Origin: Eledone cirrhosa
Taxonomy: Eukaryota
Length of the DNA stretch: 64,000 bases
NCBI GenBank assembly: GCA_964016885.1
Contig: OZ024741.1
Location: forward strand, 329,964,001-330,028,000
Direction of reading: 5' to 3'
Shown here: positions 40,299 to 52,030 of the stretch, one piece after another
Numbering within the stretch: the first letter of the stretch is position 1
How the letters are laid out: every line of letters begins with the position of its first letter
Notes under the pieces: model-generated
The model's input: only the letters and a program-made list of their open reading frames with translations
Told to the model about the DNA's origin: nothing
The model's database searches: none
Program-made: the position numbers and the translations under genes

Positions 40299-42683
40299 AA
40301 ATAACAAGGTGAGGCCGGTACTGGACTTTCGGGAGCTGAACGAGCAGGTGTCATGCCACACGGGTGGCGAGGTCACGGATGTCTGTGGGGAAACCCTGTG
40401 TGAGTGGAGACGCATGACGGGGGCTTCCGCAATCGTCGATCTAAAGTCGGCATACTTACAATTACACATAGATGAGAAGCTCTGGCAGTATCAGCTGGTC
40501 AGGTATAAGGGCCGGACATATTTCCTGACCAGGCTCAGTTTCGGGCTGAGCTCTGCACCAAAGATCATGGCGGCGGTCCTCAAGACCATTCTGGGAAAGG
40601 CCGACAAGATGAAGATGGCCACTAATTCCTACATTGACGACATCCTAGTGGATGAGTCTGTAGTGTCGGCGGCGGAGGTCACGAGCCATTTACAGGGGTA
40701 TGGACTGGCTGCGAAGCCGTCAGAAGCGTTGGAGGGAGGAGCCGCGCTGGGATATAGGCTACGGCGAGACAGGACGGGCGTGTTAGTATTCCAGAGGGGA
40801 AATGAAGTTCCAGAACTGGGCTCGAGTATGAGTAGGCGGGAGCTTTTCTCGGCGTGTGGAAAGTTGGTGGGTCACTACCCGATTGCTGGGTGGCTCCGGA
40901 CAGCATGCAGCTATGTCAAGAGACGTACGGGCGGGGTGACTTGGAGTGACAGAGTGGGAAAGAGACGGTGGCCATGATGCAGGAGATCGTGGAGAGGGTG
41001 AAGGCCGACGACCCAATGCGGGGACGCTGGTATGTTCCCAAATCGCAGAGCGGGACCGTATGGTGCGATGCTAGCAGCATAACACTAGGTGCCACGTTGG
41101 AGATAGGAGGTGTTGAGGTTGAGGATGCAGCCTGGCTTAGGAAGAAGGACGATTGCAACCACATCAATGTGGCCCAACTGGACGCGGTGTTGAGAGGGGT
41201 GAACCTCGCCCTGAAGTGGGGACTGCGCACCATCGAGATTCGCACCGACTCGGCTACTGTACTCGGATGGGTGAGATCAGTGCTCACCAGTGAGAAGAGA
41301 GTGCGAACGAGAGGGGCGGCGGAAATGCTGATAAAGCGCCGCCTGGGAACTTTAGGAGAGCTGGCCACCGAGTTCGACCTGAGGCTGAGCATAGTTTTCG
41401 TGCCCTCAGAGAAAAATAGGGCGGACGTTTTAACCAGGGTGAAGAAAGCCTGGATGGAAGCGCCGGGGGATGTAGAAGAGGAGATAGCTGCCGTGTGTCG
41501 GCTGACCGAGTCGGATCTGAAAGGGTTGCATGACATGCACCACATGGGAGTGGATAGGACTCTGTTCCTAGCCAGGAGAATCGACTCGGACGTTAGCAGA
41601 CACAGTGTTCAAGGAGTGGTTAGAGGCTGCGTCCGATGTCAGTCCATTGATCCCGCCCCCGGGTGTGCACGAAACGGGAGGCATCCCGGTGGATCGCGAC
41701 TGGAAGCGATTGGCGGTGGATGTAACACACTACCGACAAGGAACATACCTCTCAATGGTCGACAGTGGACCGGGACGGATGGCGATATGGAGGGAGATGA
41801 AGACTGGAACGGCTGAGGAAATCACGCGGACGTTGGGAGAGGTGTTCTTGGAGCGGGACCCTGTGGACGAACTGCTGATGGACAACAGCGCAGCGTTCCG
41901 CTTGGAGGCGCTGAGGGTGATGCTCGATGGATGGAAGGTGGACCGTTTCTTCAGAGCAGCGCACAGGCCGAGCGGGAATGGAATTGTGGAGCGACACCAC
42001 CGGACGATCAAGGCAATGGCGGAGCGGGGCCATATCTCACCAATGGAGGCAGTGTTCTGGTACAACATGTCCCCTCGGGTGGGACAGGTTGAGGAATCGG
42101 TGCCACACAGAGCAGTATTCAGATACGAGTGGCGGCACCCGTGCACGTCACCACAACGGCCAGTGGGGAGAGAGAGTGCATTCGTGCAGGTGGGCGAAGA
42201 AGTTTGGGTTAAGCCCCCAGATGCACGTTGCACATCTCAATGGGGAAGGGGAACGGTGATGGCCGTAAATTCACAGAACAATGTGTCCGTGGACGGAGTA
42301 CCACGTCATGTCCTGGATGTCCGTAGAATCACTGTGTCAACGGACTCTGAGGAAGAGGAAACATAAAGTGCTGCCCCAACACTGCGGAGATCGCAAAGAA
42401 GTCGTAAACCACCAACCTGGACAGCAGAATTTCATATGCAGAAGGACGAGGGGGAAATTGATCCTTGAGATCAGGGGGGCGTGTGGGGATGGTGTGGCGT
42501 GCGATTGCCGGAAGCGGGGGAGTGCTCGACCGGAAGGGTGCTTGGCCGGAAGGATGCTCGACCGGAAGGGCCAGCAGAGGGCCTCTCTAGTGGTGACCAG
42601 CAACGGTGTGGACGCGAGTTTTGGCAGCTCCCGGTGTTAAGCAGTTGGACGCACGTGGAAGAGGAGTAACCTGCAGTGGAATT
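40299..42683 (+). mobile_element. Gypsy LTR retrotransposon, 5'-truncated (RT, RNase H, integrase, PPT, start of 3' LTR at about 42482)
   Basis: RPVLDF, DLKSAYLQ, YIDD, WCDASS, TDS, HHCC and DDE (AVDV, MDN, GIVER) motifs; PPT gatcaggggggcg then TGTGG. Confidence 0.95.
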
Positions 42684-42714
42684 TAGCGGCGCCTATGAAA
42701 AGCGGTAAGTGAGA

Positions 42715-43810
42715 TAGCTTTTTCTAACCACAGAAAGTACATTGAAAAGTCTTGGAAGAGATACCTTGACGACTGTTTCATCATCTGGACAGAATCTCTA
42801 GATACTCTGGATGAGTTCAATATCCTCCTGAATAATCTACACCGATCTCTCCAATTCACAAAAGAGATGAGTAGTACCAAATTACCATTCCTAGATATAA
42901 TGGTAATCAAAAACGACACCACCATTACCACGGATATATATTATAAACACACAGACACCCATCAATATCTGAATTTTAAGTCGTACCATCCACCTCATAC
43001 AAAAAGTAACATCCCATACTGCCTAGCCAGAAGAATTTGTACCATTGTAGAAGATACGAATACCAGGAACAAACGCCTAACAGAACTGAGAGAATTTTTG
43101 CTCAAACAAAAATACCCATCTCTACTTATAGAAAATGGCATACAGCGAGCTATAAAAATACCTATACAACAACTTAGGACAACCCAAGGAAGAAGAAACC
43201 AAGAACTGGTCATACCATTTATAATGACACACAACCCATGTCACCAGAATATCTTCAACACTGCCAAAGCAAACCTACCGAATCATTGCTCAAAGTAATG
43301 AATTAAAAGGCTTAATCACAGACCGATCTTTGACTCTTAGTAAAAGACAGCCGAAAAATTTGAAGCAATTACTAACAAAGGCAAAGTTTGACCTTAACAA
43401 CAAAGACCAATCATTCACTGTATCCAAATGCAATGATAGTCGATGTGGCACATGTCAATCCATACACACCGGTCAATATATGAACACAAAAACTGGAAAA
43501 ATATTCCCAAATGCAAATATGAACTGCAAAAGCAGAAATCTAATTTACTGCATTAAATGCCCGAATTGTGAAGAACTATATGTCGGTCAAACTGAAAATG
43601 CATTATCGGAACGTGCACAGGTGCACCGACAGCAAATCAGAGACCCAGATGTCCGTCAGATACCTCTGAGTAACCATCTAGCAACATGTGGTCAGAAAAT
43701 ATTTATAATATTTCTATTCTACAAATTACACAGCCCAAGTGAAAGCAAGAAAAAAATTAAAGAAAAGAAGTCTATTGATAAATTCCAACCCAAGCTAAAT
43801 GAACAATAAT
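42715..43810 (+). mobile_element. Penelope-like element (RT C-terminus, Cys linker, GIY-YIG)
   Basis: WKRYLDD, LPFLD, YKHTDTHQYL..SYHP, CNDSRCGTC, NLIYCIKCPNCEELYVGQT. Confidence 0.93.
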
Positions 43811-43814
43811 AATG

Positions 43815-46212
43815 CTTAGGGGTTTAGACGACGTGTATTTGTGTATTTATGACTTGTAAAAATATTCAGAAGAATATTTTTGGCTGGTGCGTGTTTGTAC
43901 AATCAGCTCCAAGAAAAATACGTGATGTCGTTCTGCATTTCTTTTGCCGGAGTGTCTGTGTTATTTTTATGACGTCCGTTTGTGACGTCAGAGCTATCAC
44001 ACCACAGGTGTCGCTTCGCTACATATAACCCTCCTCCAGATGACCAATCGATGAAGAAGTAAACATATGTAGTGAGAAGCAAGGCAAAGATAGGTAATAA
44101 ACAAAAGAAATGTTTGCACAAACAAAAGGCAACAACAAAATGTAACAACAGAAACATGCAAAACAATCAATAAAATGCAACAAATCGTAAGAAAGACAAA
44201 AGCAAAGGGCAGCTGAAATGTACACAGTTTGACACAGTTTGTTTCCAAAAAGGCTCCAGTGGCCAGTTCATATAATAAAAGTTTCGAAGAGTTCTTTGGG
44301 CCAGTGGACTCTTCGACCGGAACGGGTCGTGGTCTTGTATCTTGGTGATGGAGGGGGGGGGGGGGGAGAAAGATGAAGGTGTATGTGGAGCAGGTGTGTG
44401 AGAATCTGTGTGGGCCTGTTTAAGTCTATCAACCGCAATGGTCTCTCTGGATCCCTTAATGTCTACAGTGAAATGTTTATCAGAACGAGCTAATACACGG
44501 TAGGGTCCAGAGTACGGTTGTGTGAGAGGTGGTCTCACAGCATCGTTTCTTACGAACACATGGGTCCACGAGGCAATATCCTTCGGGACTGCAGATTTTA
44601 CAGTTTGTTTCCTCGTATCCATCGGCGGCAGGTCCTGAAAATAAGAACGCAGACGGGATACGTAGGAAAGCGGATCTTGTTCAGCAAGATCGACAGAGGC
44701 AAGCATTTTCCCAGGTTACGCTAGAGGAGCACCATACAATAATTCGGCCGGGGAGAACTCAAGGTCCTCCTTTAATGATGACCGAATCCCCACAACACAA
44801 TAGGGAGTTACTGGCTCCAACGCGTAGAGTCAGGAGAAGTCCGTAGAGCGGCTTTTAGTTGTCGGTGGAAGCGCTCCACCATTCCATTAGATACAGGATG
44901 ATATGAAGTTGTTCGGATGCGTTTAGTGTCAATGATCTTCGTCAATTCGGAGAAGAGATTCGATTCGAACTGTCTTCCACGGTCCGTTGTAATCGTGGTT
45001 GGCACTCCAAAGCGGGCAATCCATCCTGATACTAGGGCACGCGCTGTCGTTTCAGCAGTGATGTCTTTCAAGGGGATGGCTTCAGGCCATCGCGAAAAAC
45101 GATCAATTACAGTCAATAGATAAGTATGACCACCATTGACTGGCCAAGGTCCCACGATGTCCACATGACTGTGCCTGAAACGGGCGTCCGGTGTACTGAA
45201 CGTACCGAGCGGAGCCTTAATGTGCTTATGGATTTTCGATTTCTGGCAAGCGATGCAGGAACGGCACCAAACAGTAATATTGCGCCTCATATTTGGCCAG
45301 AAGAATCTGGCTGTTATGAGCTTTACTGTGGCAGAAGATCCTGGGTAGGAAATGCTGTGTAAAGCAAGAAACACAGTACGACGATGGTTTAGCGGGACGA
45401 ATGGTCTCGGTGAATCCACGGAAACGTCGCAGAGAATCTGTCCGTCTGCGGTGGGCAATGGCAGGTATTTCAAATTACTCGTCGCAAATTCGGCTGATGT
45501 AATATCCAACGATTCCAGTGCAGGTTGGTCTGCTGCCAAGTGATTTAAATCGATGTTGTGGGATGACGCAATCGAACTGATCGGCAATCGAGACAGGGCG
45601 TCAGCCGCTGTGTTTAATGAGCGTGGAATATGTTGGATGTCGTTTGTGAATTGCGAGATAAAGTCGAGATGCCTTGTTTCTCTGGGCGAGTACTTGTCGG
45701 ACTTTTCCCTTAAAGCGAAGGTCAAAGGTTTATGGTCAGTATAGATTGTAAAAAACCTTCCCTCGAGCATATGTGAAAACTGTTTCACGGAAAGGTAGAT
45801 GGCTAACAGCTCCCGGCCAAAGGTGCTGTAGCGAGTTTCTGCAGGCTTCAACTTCCTGGAGAAAAATTCTAATGGTTGTTGGTGATCGTCACTACTCTGT
45901 TGTAAGACTGCACCTACTGCAGTATCCGACGCATCAACACAAAGCGAAAGCTTGGCATTGGACACTGGGTGAGCCAGCAAAGATGCACTAACCAATGCTG
46001 ATTTGGCTTTTTGAAAATCCTCGAGCTGAGTCTGAGTCAAAGAGATTTCCTTGTTCTTCTTGCGGCAAGTTTTCAGAATCTCAGTAAAAGAGAAGAATAG
46101 ATAAGCACAATGCGGAACAAAACGTCTATAGAAATTTATCAGTCCTAGGAATTGTCGCAACTGACGAAGTGAGGTCGGCGGAAGCAAATCCTCTATAGCC
46201 TGAACTCGTTGA
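43815..46212 (-). mobile_element. CsRN1-like Gypsy element (RNase H, integrase, GPY motif, PPT, 3' LTR from 44023)
   Basis: [53 protein letters not shown]; PPT ggaggaggg then TGTAGCG. Confidence 0.93.
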
Positions 46213-47860
46213 GGAGGAGGGAAAAGAGTTAATCCAAAAAATGGTAAGACGTAAGTCTGACTGGAATAACAACAACAAGCGAGAAGAGAGGATAGAACGG
46301 AGGTCACAGTAATAAATAAACCTGAATTGAAACGGACAAGGCTGTGTGGTTACTAATAACGAGTGTTTGGAAAGTAAAGGAAACACAAACATAGGGATAA
46401 ACATTTCCCCTCATCAGTTGTCTGCTGAAAAAAGGAGGAGGGAAAAGTGTTAATCCCAAAAATGGTAAGACGTAAGTCTGACCGGAATATCAACAACAAA
46501 CGAGAAAAGAGGATAGAACAGAGGTCACAGCAATAAATAAATATGTTTTGAAACGGAATGTTTTTAATAGAGTAATCCATTTCATACATATAGGTAAATG
46601 AAAGAAGAGTGTTCTATGTATAGTACAGAGCTATTTAAATACCTTTTCTACGGAAATACTTAATACATAAACAGCTCCCACCGGGAATGATTGAAGTAAA
46701 TTCTGCATCTTGTAAATGTGATTGGCATCTTCCAGTCCGATAAGTTGAGCAGTCTACGGTTATAAGGAAATTAACCAACATTAAATATGGATATATATGA
46801 AATGGATTACTCTATTAAAAACATTCCGACACCTTCTAATGCTTCTTACACCAAAATGTTAATTGATAAAGTTGAAAAAGTTATACAAAGAATGAGATGG
46901 AAAGCTATGATATTTGATGGACAGTTCAGTACAAACTTAACAGATTACTTTGACATTGTCATGCAAATACCCACCAAGAGTTAAAGATATGGCCCCCTTC
47001 GAATTAGACTTAGTTAATATGATCAACCAACTAAAATTTCGTAAGTACAATGATAATTTTCAATAATATTTCTAATATTTAATCCTCTAATAATACGTTT
47101 GCATTTTCCGATAAAACTAAACAGTTATATGAAGTTAATAAACAATTATATAATCAACTTTTAATAGATAGTATTACTACTAAATATCAAAAAGCTAAAA
47201 ATAACACATATAATAATATAAAAAATGAAGCTAAAGATATAGCAAGAAAATTAAGAATAGATAATAGAACTGAAAGCCTAGCAAAACGTAAAGTCTATAT
47301 TACACTTAAAGCCCATAAAACAGATTTCAATAACCCACCTAGTTGTAGACTTATTAACCCTACTAAAACAGAAATTGGTCTTGTTAGTAAAAAGACTGTA
47401 AGAAATATCATTAAACAAATAAGAAGTAAAATAGAATTATTTCAATGGTTAAATACCTCCTCAGTTATATCTTGGTTTAATAATATACAAGAGAAAAATA
47501 TGTCTACATTTACCCAATTTTATATAGTAGATTTCTACCTTTCTATTATTCACTCCTTATTAGCCAAAGCATTAGCATTTGCTAAACAATTTACTTATAT
47601 ATCAGAACTTGAGGAAGATGTAATTTTGTATGACAGACAAACATTACTTTTTGCCAAAGACGAAACCTGGGTAAAAATATCAAACCCAGAAAATGTTTTT
47701 GATGTCTCAATGGGTTCTTTTGATAGTGCCGATGTGTGTAATTTAGTTGGCTTATTCCTCTTCCACACACTTATAGAGAAATTCCCCAATCACACTATCG
47801 GGTTGTATCGAGATGATGGACGAGCAGCATCTCATAATCTTGGCAATAATCATAGTTAAA
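46213..47860 (+). mobile_element. Penelope-like element 5' part (RT), with about 220-bp tandem pLTR-like repeats upstream
   Basis: YSIKNIP..IQRMRWKA, CRLINP, MGSFD and LYRDDG; 46213-46325 resembles 46434-46545; 46553-46590 inverts 46793-46828. Confidence 0.85.
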
Positions 47861-47931
47861 TATATAGTTTCGATGTCTAACTGGTGAATTTACTGATTAT
47901 AATTTGAACTATGAATCATTCATGCGTTTGC

Positions 47932-47974
<43 letters not shown>

Positions 47975-48686
47975 CTCATTTTGAGATGGTTTGGGGGGTC
48001 TCAGAAAATTGGATTTGCACTGTTTTTTATGTATATTTAACAAAACCATAATAGCTGACAAATATCGGTCTATCTTTCCACTGAACTGGAGGTAAAACTA
48101 CAATTATAACATTACTAACAATGAGTATAATTATTATTCTTTATTAAATGTATACCGTTGCATTAATACCTATAATTATATCTATATATAGTGTGTACAA
48201 ATATCTTTATCTAGTGTAATATCATAATCGTAGTTACATTTATAAATAATTTAAACACTCAAATGACATTATGTATTATTATAAGTGTTTGGTTTTCCCT
48301 GGTAGGTCGAACTTATATAATCATTTACTTAATACAATATATGAAAAAATAATAAATTATAATCTTGGTATATTTTGATCAATACATATATATATAGTTG
48401 AAAATTCTGACTTCTTTAAGTTTAATTATAAGGCCAGTTGATACTTTAGGCACTCAAACCATTTAACAATAAATTCTTTAATAGTTATAACTATAAATAT
48501 CTGATAAATTATATTATAGAAACTTTTGTCAATATTATAAGTAATTTTGATAAAGATTACCTTCGTGGTGATATGAAACTTTATATATATATATTTTCTG
48601 TATATCTCGGGTTTCGTAAATCCTCTAAATTTGTTTTCATAAAATTTGAATTTTAGAAATCTAACATAATTATATTATAATATTAA

Positions 48687-48877
48687 GGCGGTGGATTGGC
48701 AGTATCGGTAGAGGGTCGGATGCCATGCTTTGAAGCATAGAGTTACCTCCCTGTATGATCTGAGTTCAAATCCCGCCGAGGTTAACTTTGCCTTTCATCC
48801 TTCCGGGGTCGATAGAATAAAGTACCAGTAATGCACTGGGTAATTGCTGGCCTTGTGCCAAAAGTAGAAACAATTAT
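48687..48877 (+). mobile_element. Full-length tRNA-derived Nin-domain SINE
   Basis: A box tggcagtatcgg, B box gagttcaaatcc, Nin domain and an (ATT)-like tail. Confidence 0.9.
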
Positions 48878-49349
48878 AATATTAATACAAATACCTATTA
48901 ACTTCTACAACCTAAAATTTGATTCTTTACCCTGAAATAACATAAATTAAATATTTTGAAAATTAACCGCCAACTATAATATATAAGAATTTTGTGTGTG
49001 TACAAACTTGAACATAAATTGCCCCCTTTGTCTCTCTCTCTCTTTATTCCTCTTTCATCTGTCTTCTCAAGCTAAATACTAAATAAGTTATCATATCAGC
49101 TATTTCTTCCTCTATGCTTACTTTTCCCTCCTCTTTCTCTAGTAGTTTTTAAAAATTAAAAATTCTATAACTGTCATATTGATGCCATGTATTTCTTAAA
49201 ATATATTACTCACACTCTCTCTATTTTTGTATTACGTTTTCTCATGTTCTCAATATTAGGGTATAAATATTGAGTTTTATAATAAGTTAATCACTACCTT
49301 GATTAAATCTTAACCATCTACCATGTCAGGGTATGTCATGTATCATTTT

Positions 49350-49414
49350 ATTTTATCTGATGAAGACGTACTGTTGAACTTAATTCAGTACCTCTGAAAT
49401 ATGTATAATAACAT
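49350..49414 (+). ncRNA. Type I hammerhead ribozyme
   Basis: AUUUUAU-CUGAUGA-AGACGUACUG..CAGUACCUCU-GAAA-UAUGUA-UA-AUAACAU; same family as 54361. Confidence 0.75.
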
Positions 49415-49562
49415 ATAATTGATTACAAGAATATCTATTTTGTTAATATTTTGAATTAATATTATATATATATATATATACGTTATTCCGGGTTGAATCG
49501 GAGGTAACCACAGTAAGTAAGGTACTCAATACATAGCAGAGTATAACAGTTTTAATATAGAT

Positions 49563-49615
49563 GAGATTCTACAGGACTAGAACTGTTTCATTCATTAGAA
49601 ATCATCAGGAATCTC
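49563..49615 (-). ncRNA. Type I hammerhead ribozyme
   Basis: GAGAUUC-CUGAUGA-UUUC uaau GAAU-GAAA-CAG uucuaguc CUG-UA-GAAUCUC. Confidence 0.8.
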
Positions 49616-49631
49616 CTGATGATTTCTAATG

Positions 49632-49682
49632 GATTCCTGATGATTTCTAATGAATGAAACAGTTCTAGTCCTGTAGAATCTC
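49632..49682 (+). ncRNA. Type I hammerhead ribozyme (inverted copy of 49563-49615)
   Basis: Identical core; stem I GAUUC/GAAUC; GUA site at 49673-49675. Confidence 0.78.
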
Positions 49683-49753
49683 ATCTATATTAAAACTATA
49701 TATATATATATATATATAATATAAGATCAAAAGATGGTTAAAAGAGTTCCAAG

Positions 49754-49824
49754 TATTTTATTATGCGCATTTCAAAAACAAATATCATCATGGGATGATA
49801 TCTGCGTTCTCATCAGATAAAATA
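49754..49824 (-). ncRNA. Type I hammerhead ribozyme (inverted copy of 50768-50838)
   Basis: Exact reverse complement of the 50768 motif. Confidence 0.85.
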
Positions 49825-50261
49825 GGGAGACATGATAGGAAGCTTAAAAAACACTTGTGAATAGTGAAGTTTTAAATCAACATATGAAAAATAAATTAAG
49901 ATGGATGTATTAGATTGGGAAAAAGTGAGGGGGGGGGGGGTAAGGAAGAGGAAGAAATAAGAGTAAAAGATGGTGGGGGAGGAGTATAAGAAGGAAGGAT
50001 GAGAGAGGAGGAGAGATGGGTGATAGAGAGAGAGAGAGTTAGCCTTTACAATTGAGAAAAAATATTGTCTCACAGAGAGAAATTAAAAAGCCGTAGGAAG
50101 ATAATAGATAATTTAAAAGATTTTGAAATAAAAAGTTAATGAGGTTTATGCATGAAGAAAAAGGAATTAAGAATAGTATTAGATTAAGGTTTGTATATTG
50201 AAGGGCTTAATAATATGTGCGAAGAAAAGAATTGATTAATATGTATTATTAATATAATATA

Positions 50262-50450
50262 AGGTGAATTGGCAGTATCGGTAGAGAGTTGGACGCCATG
50301 CTTTGACGCATAGAGTTACTGCCCTTGCCATTCTGAGTTCAAATCCCGCCGAGGTTAACTTTGCCTTTCATCCTTACGGGGTCGATAAAATAAAGTACCA
50401 GTAATGTACTGGGTAATTGCTGGCCTTGTGCCAAAAGTAGAAACAATTAT
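50262..50450 (+). mobile_element. Nin-domain SINE
   Basis: Near-identical to the SINE at 48687. Confidence 0.9.
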
Positions 50451-50767
50451 TAAAATAAAAATATTAATGATATTAAGGATATAATATGAAAAGAAGAAGA
50501 ATAAATGAGTTATCTCTCTGTGAGAATATTTTTTCTCAGTTGTAAAGACTATCTCTCTCTCTCTCTATCACCCATCTCTCCTCCTCTCTCATCCTTCCTT
50601 CTTATACTCCTCGCCCACCATCCTTTACTCTTATTTCTTCCTCTTCCTTACCTTACCCCCCCCTCACTTTTTCCCAATTTCATACATCCATCTTAATTTA
50701 TTTTTCATATGTTGATTTAAAACTTCACTATTCACAAGTGTTTTTTAAGCTTCATATCATGTCTCCC

Positions 50768-50838
50768 TATTTTATCTGATGAGAACGCAGATATCATCCC
50801 ATGATGATATTTGTTTTTGAAATGCGCATAATAAAATA
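50768..50838 (+). ncRNA. Type I hammerhead ribozyme with palindromic stem III
   Basis: UAUUUUAU-CUGAUGA-GAACGCAGAUAUCAUC ccau GAUGAUAUUUGUUUUU-GAAA-UGCGCA-UA-AUAAAAUA. Confidence 0.85.
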
Positions 50839-50955
50839 CTTGGAACTCTTTTAACCATCTTTTGATCTTATATTATTTATACTCCAGTCCGACAAATTGT
50901 AGAGTGCTATTTATCGGATATTTGCATTGCTTTATTGTGCTACAATAAAACTCAC

Positions 50956-51876
50956 GGCGATACTTGGTTTTAGTGTCTTAAATGATCATCATCGACAATC
51001 AGTTATTAGCTCCACCCACTACACGAAACGTCATCAGCTGCTGCTGCTGCTTGGTTTTTATCTTACATGCTTCATTTTTACACGGAAAAACATTGAATTT
51101 TTATAATAAATATTTATTAAAATATTAAGAGAAAATTAAATTTTTGATTTATTTTTTTAACAAAATAAATATTTATTTACAGTTTTTCACAGAAAAACTA
51201 TGCTTCATTTTTACATTTTTAACAACAGAAAAAAAATTTCTTTAACAATATATTGTTGCGATATACAGTTTAATATTTTTTCGAAACATTTACCTTCACC
51301 AGTTGGATACGTGGCATTGCGCCATCGCCACTCAAACTCCCTTAAATACGACTGAAATAGTGGTTGGCTGGTACCATTGATGCGTTTCAGTTTTTTTTTT
51401 TGGAGGGGGGGGGGCATGAGACCACATCCCCTCAATATTTTGCGTGTGTACTTGATATGGGATCAACGAAATGCTGCGAATGATTGACGACCAGGCAAAT
51501 TTGGTATTTGATTGTATGCCCGCCACTCATCTGTATGGATCATCGATCCATTTGCACAGTGCCTTTCAATGAGAGGCAGCAGTACGATCAGGGATTTCAT
51601 GTAGAAAAATATTGCTGTAAAAGAAATATATTGTTTAAAGAAATTTTTTTTCTGTTGTTAAAAACTGTTTCGCAACAATATTTTTTTGTTTTCTAATTTT
51701 CTCTGTTAATATTTTAATAAATATTTATTATAGAAATTCAATGTTTTTCCGTGTAAAAATGAAGCATGTAAGGTGATGAAGCAGCAGCTGATGAAGTGTC
51801 GTGACGTATCGTGTAGTGGGTGGAGCTAACTGATTGTCGATGATGATCATTTAGGACACTAAAACCAAGTATCGCC
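50956..51876 (-). mobile_element. Non-autonomous Merlin (IS1016/IS1595-like) DNA transposon, 921 bp
   Basis: TIRs start GGCGATACTTGG; 8-bp TSD AAACTCAC at 50948-50955 and 51877-51884; internal HTQNIEGMWS..YLREFEWR transposase remnant. Confidence 0.92.
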
Positions 51877-51979
51877 AAACTCACCTCCTACATATATATA
51901 TATATATATATATAAATGAAAGGTATAGAAAATTTTAATTATGTAAAATATATATATATTTATTAAAATAACAGATTAA

Positions 51980-52030
51980 AGTTTAAGCAAAGAATCGCTG
52001 CTTTCACCCTTAACGGGATCTTCTGAAACT
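51980..52030 (-). ncRNA. Hammerhead-like ribozyme, variant core CAGAAGA
   Basis: Same sequence as 26001-26051; lies at the PLE 3' end in sense orientation. Confidence 0.55.

Larger units (their letters stand above)
49717..50875. repeat. About 360-bp inverted repeat (49717-50080 / 50512-50875), each arm carrying a hammerhead
   Basis: taatataagatcaaaagatgg... is the reverse complement of ...ccatcttttgatcttatatta. Confidence 0.92.

Noticed and set aside
46335-46422. Minus-strand hammerhead candidate in pLTR-like repeats
   Set aside because: CUGAUGA and a GACAA/UUGUC stem are present, but there is no intact GAAA or UH site; a decayed relic at best.
47960-48680. AT-rich stretch as a viral Rep or other coding remnant
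   Set aside because: Only scattered weak motif resemblance with many stops; not supportable without a profile search.
48687-48780. tRNA gene
   Set aside because: The A/B boxes belong to a multi-copy SINE head and there is no complete cloverleaf.
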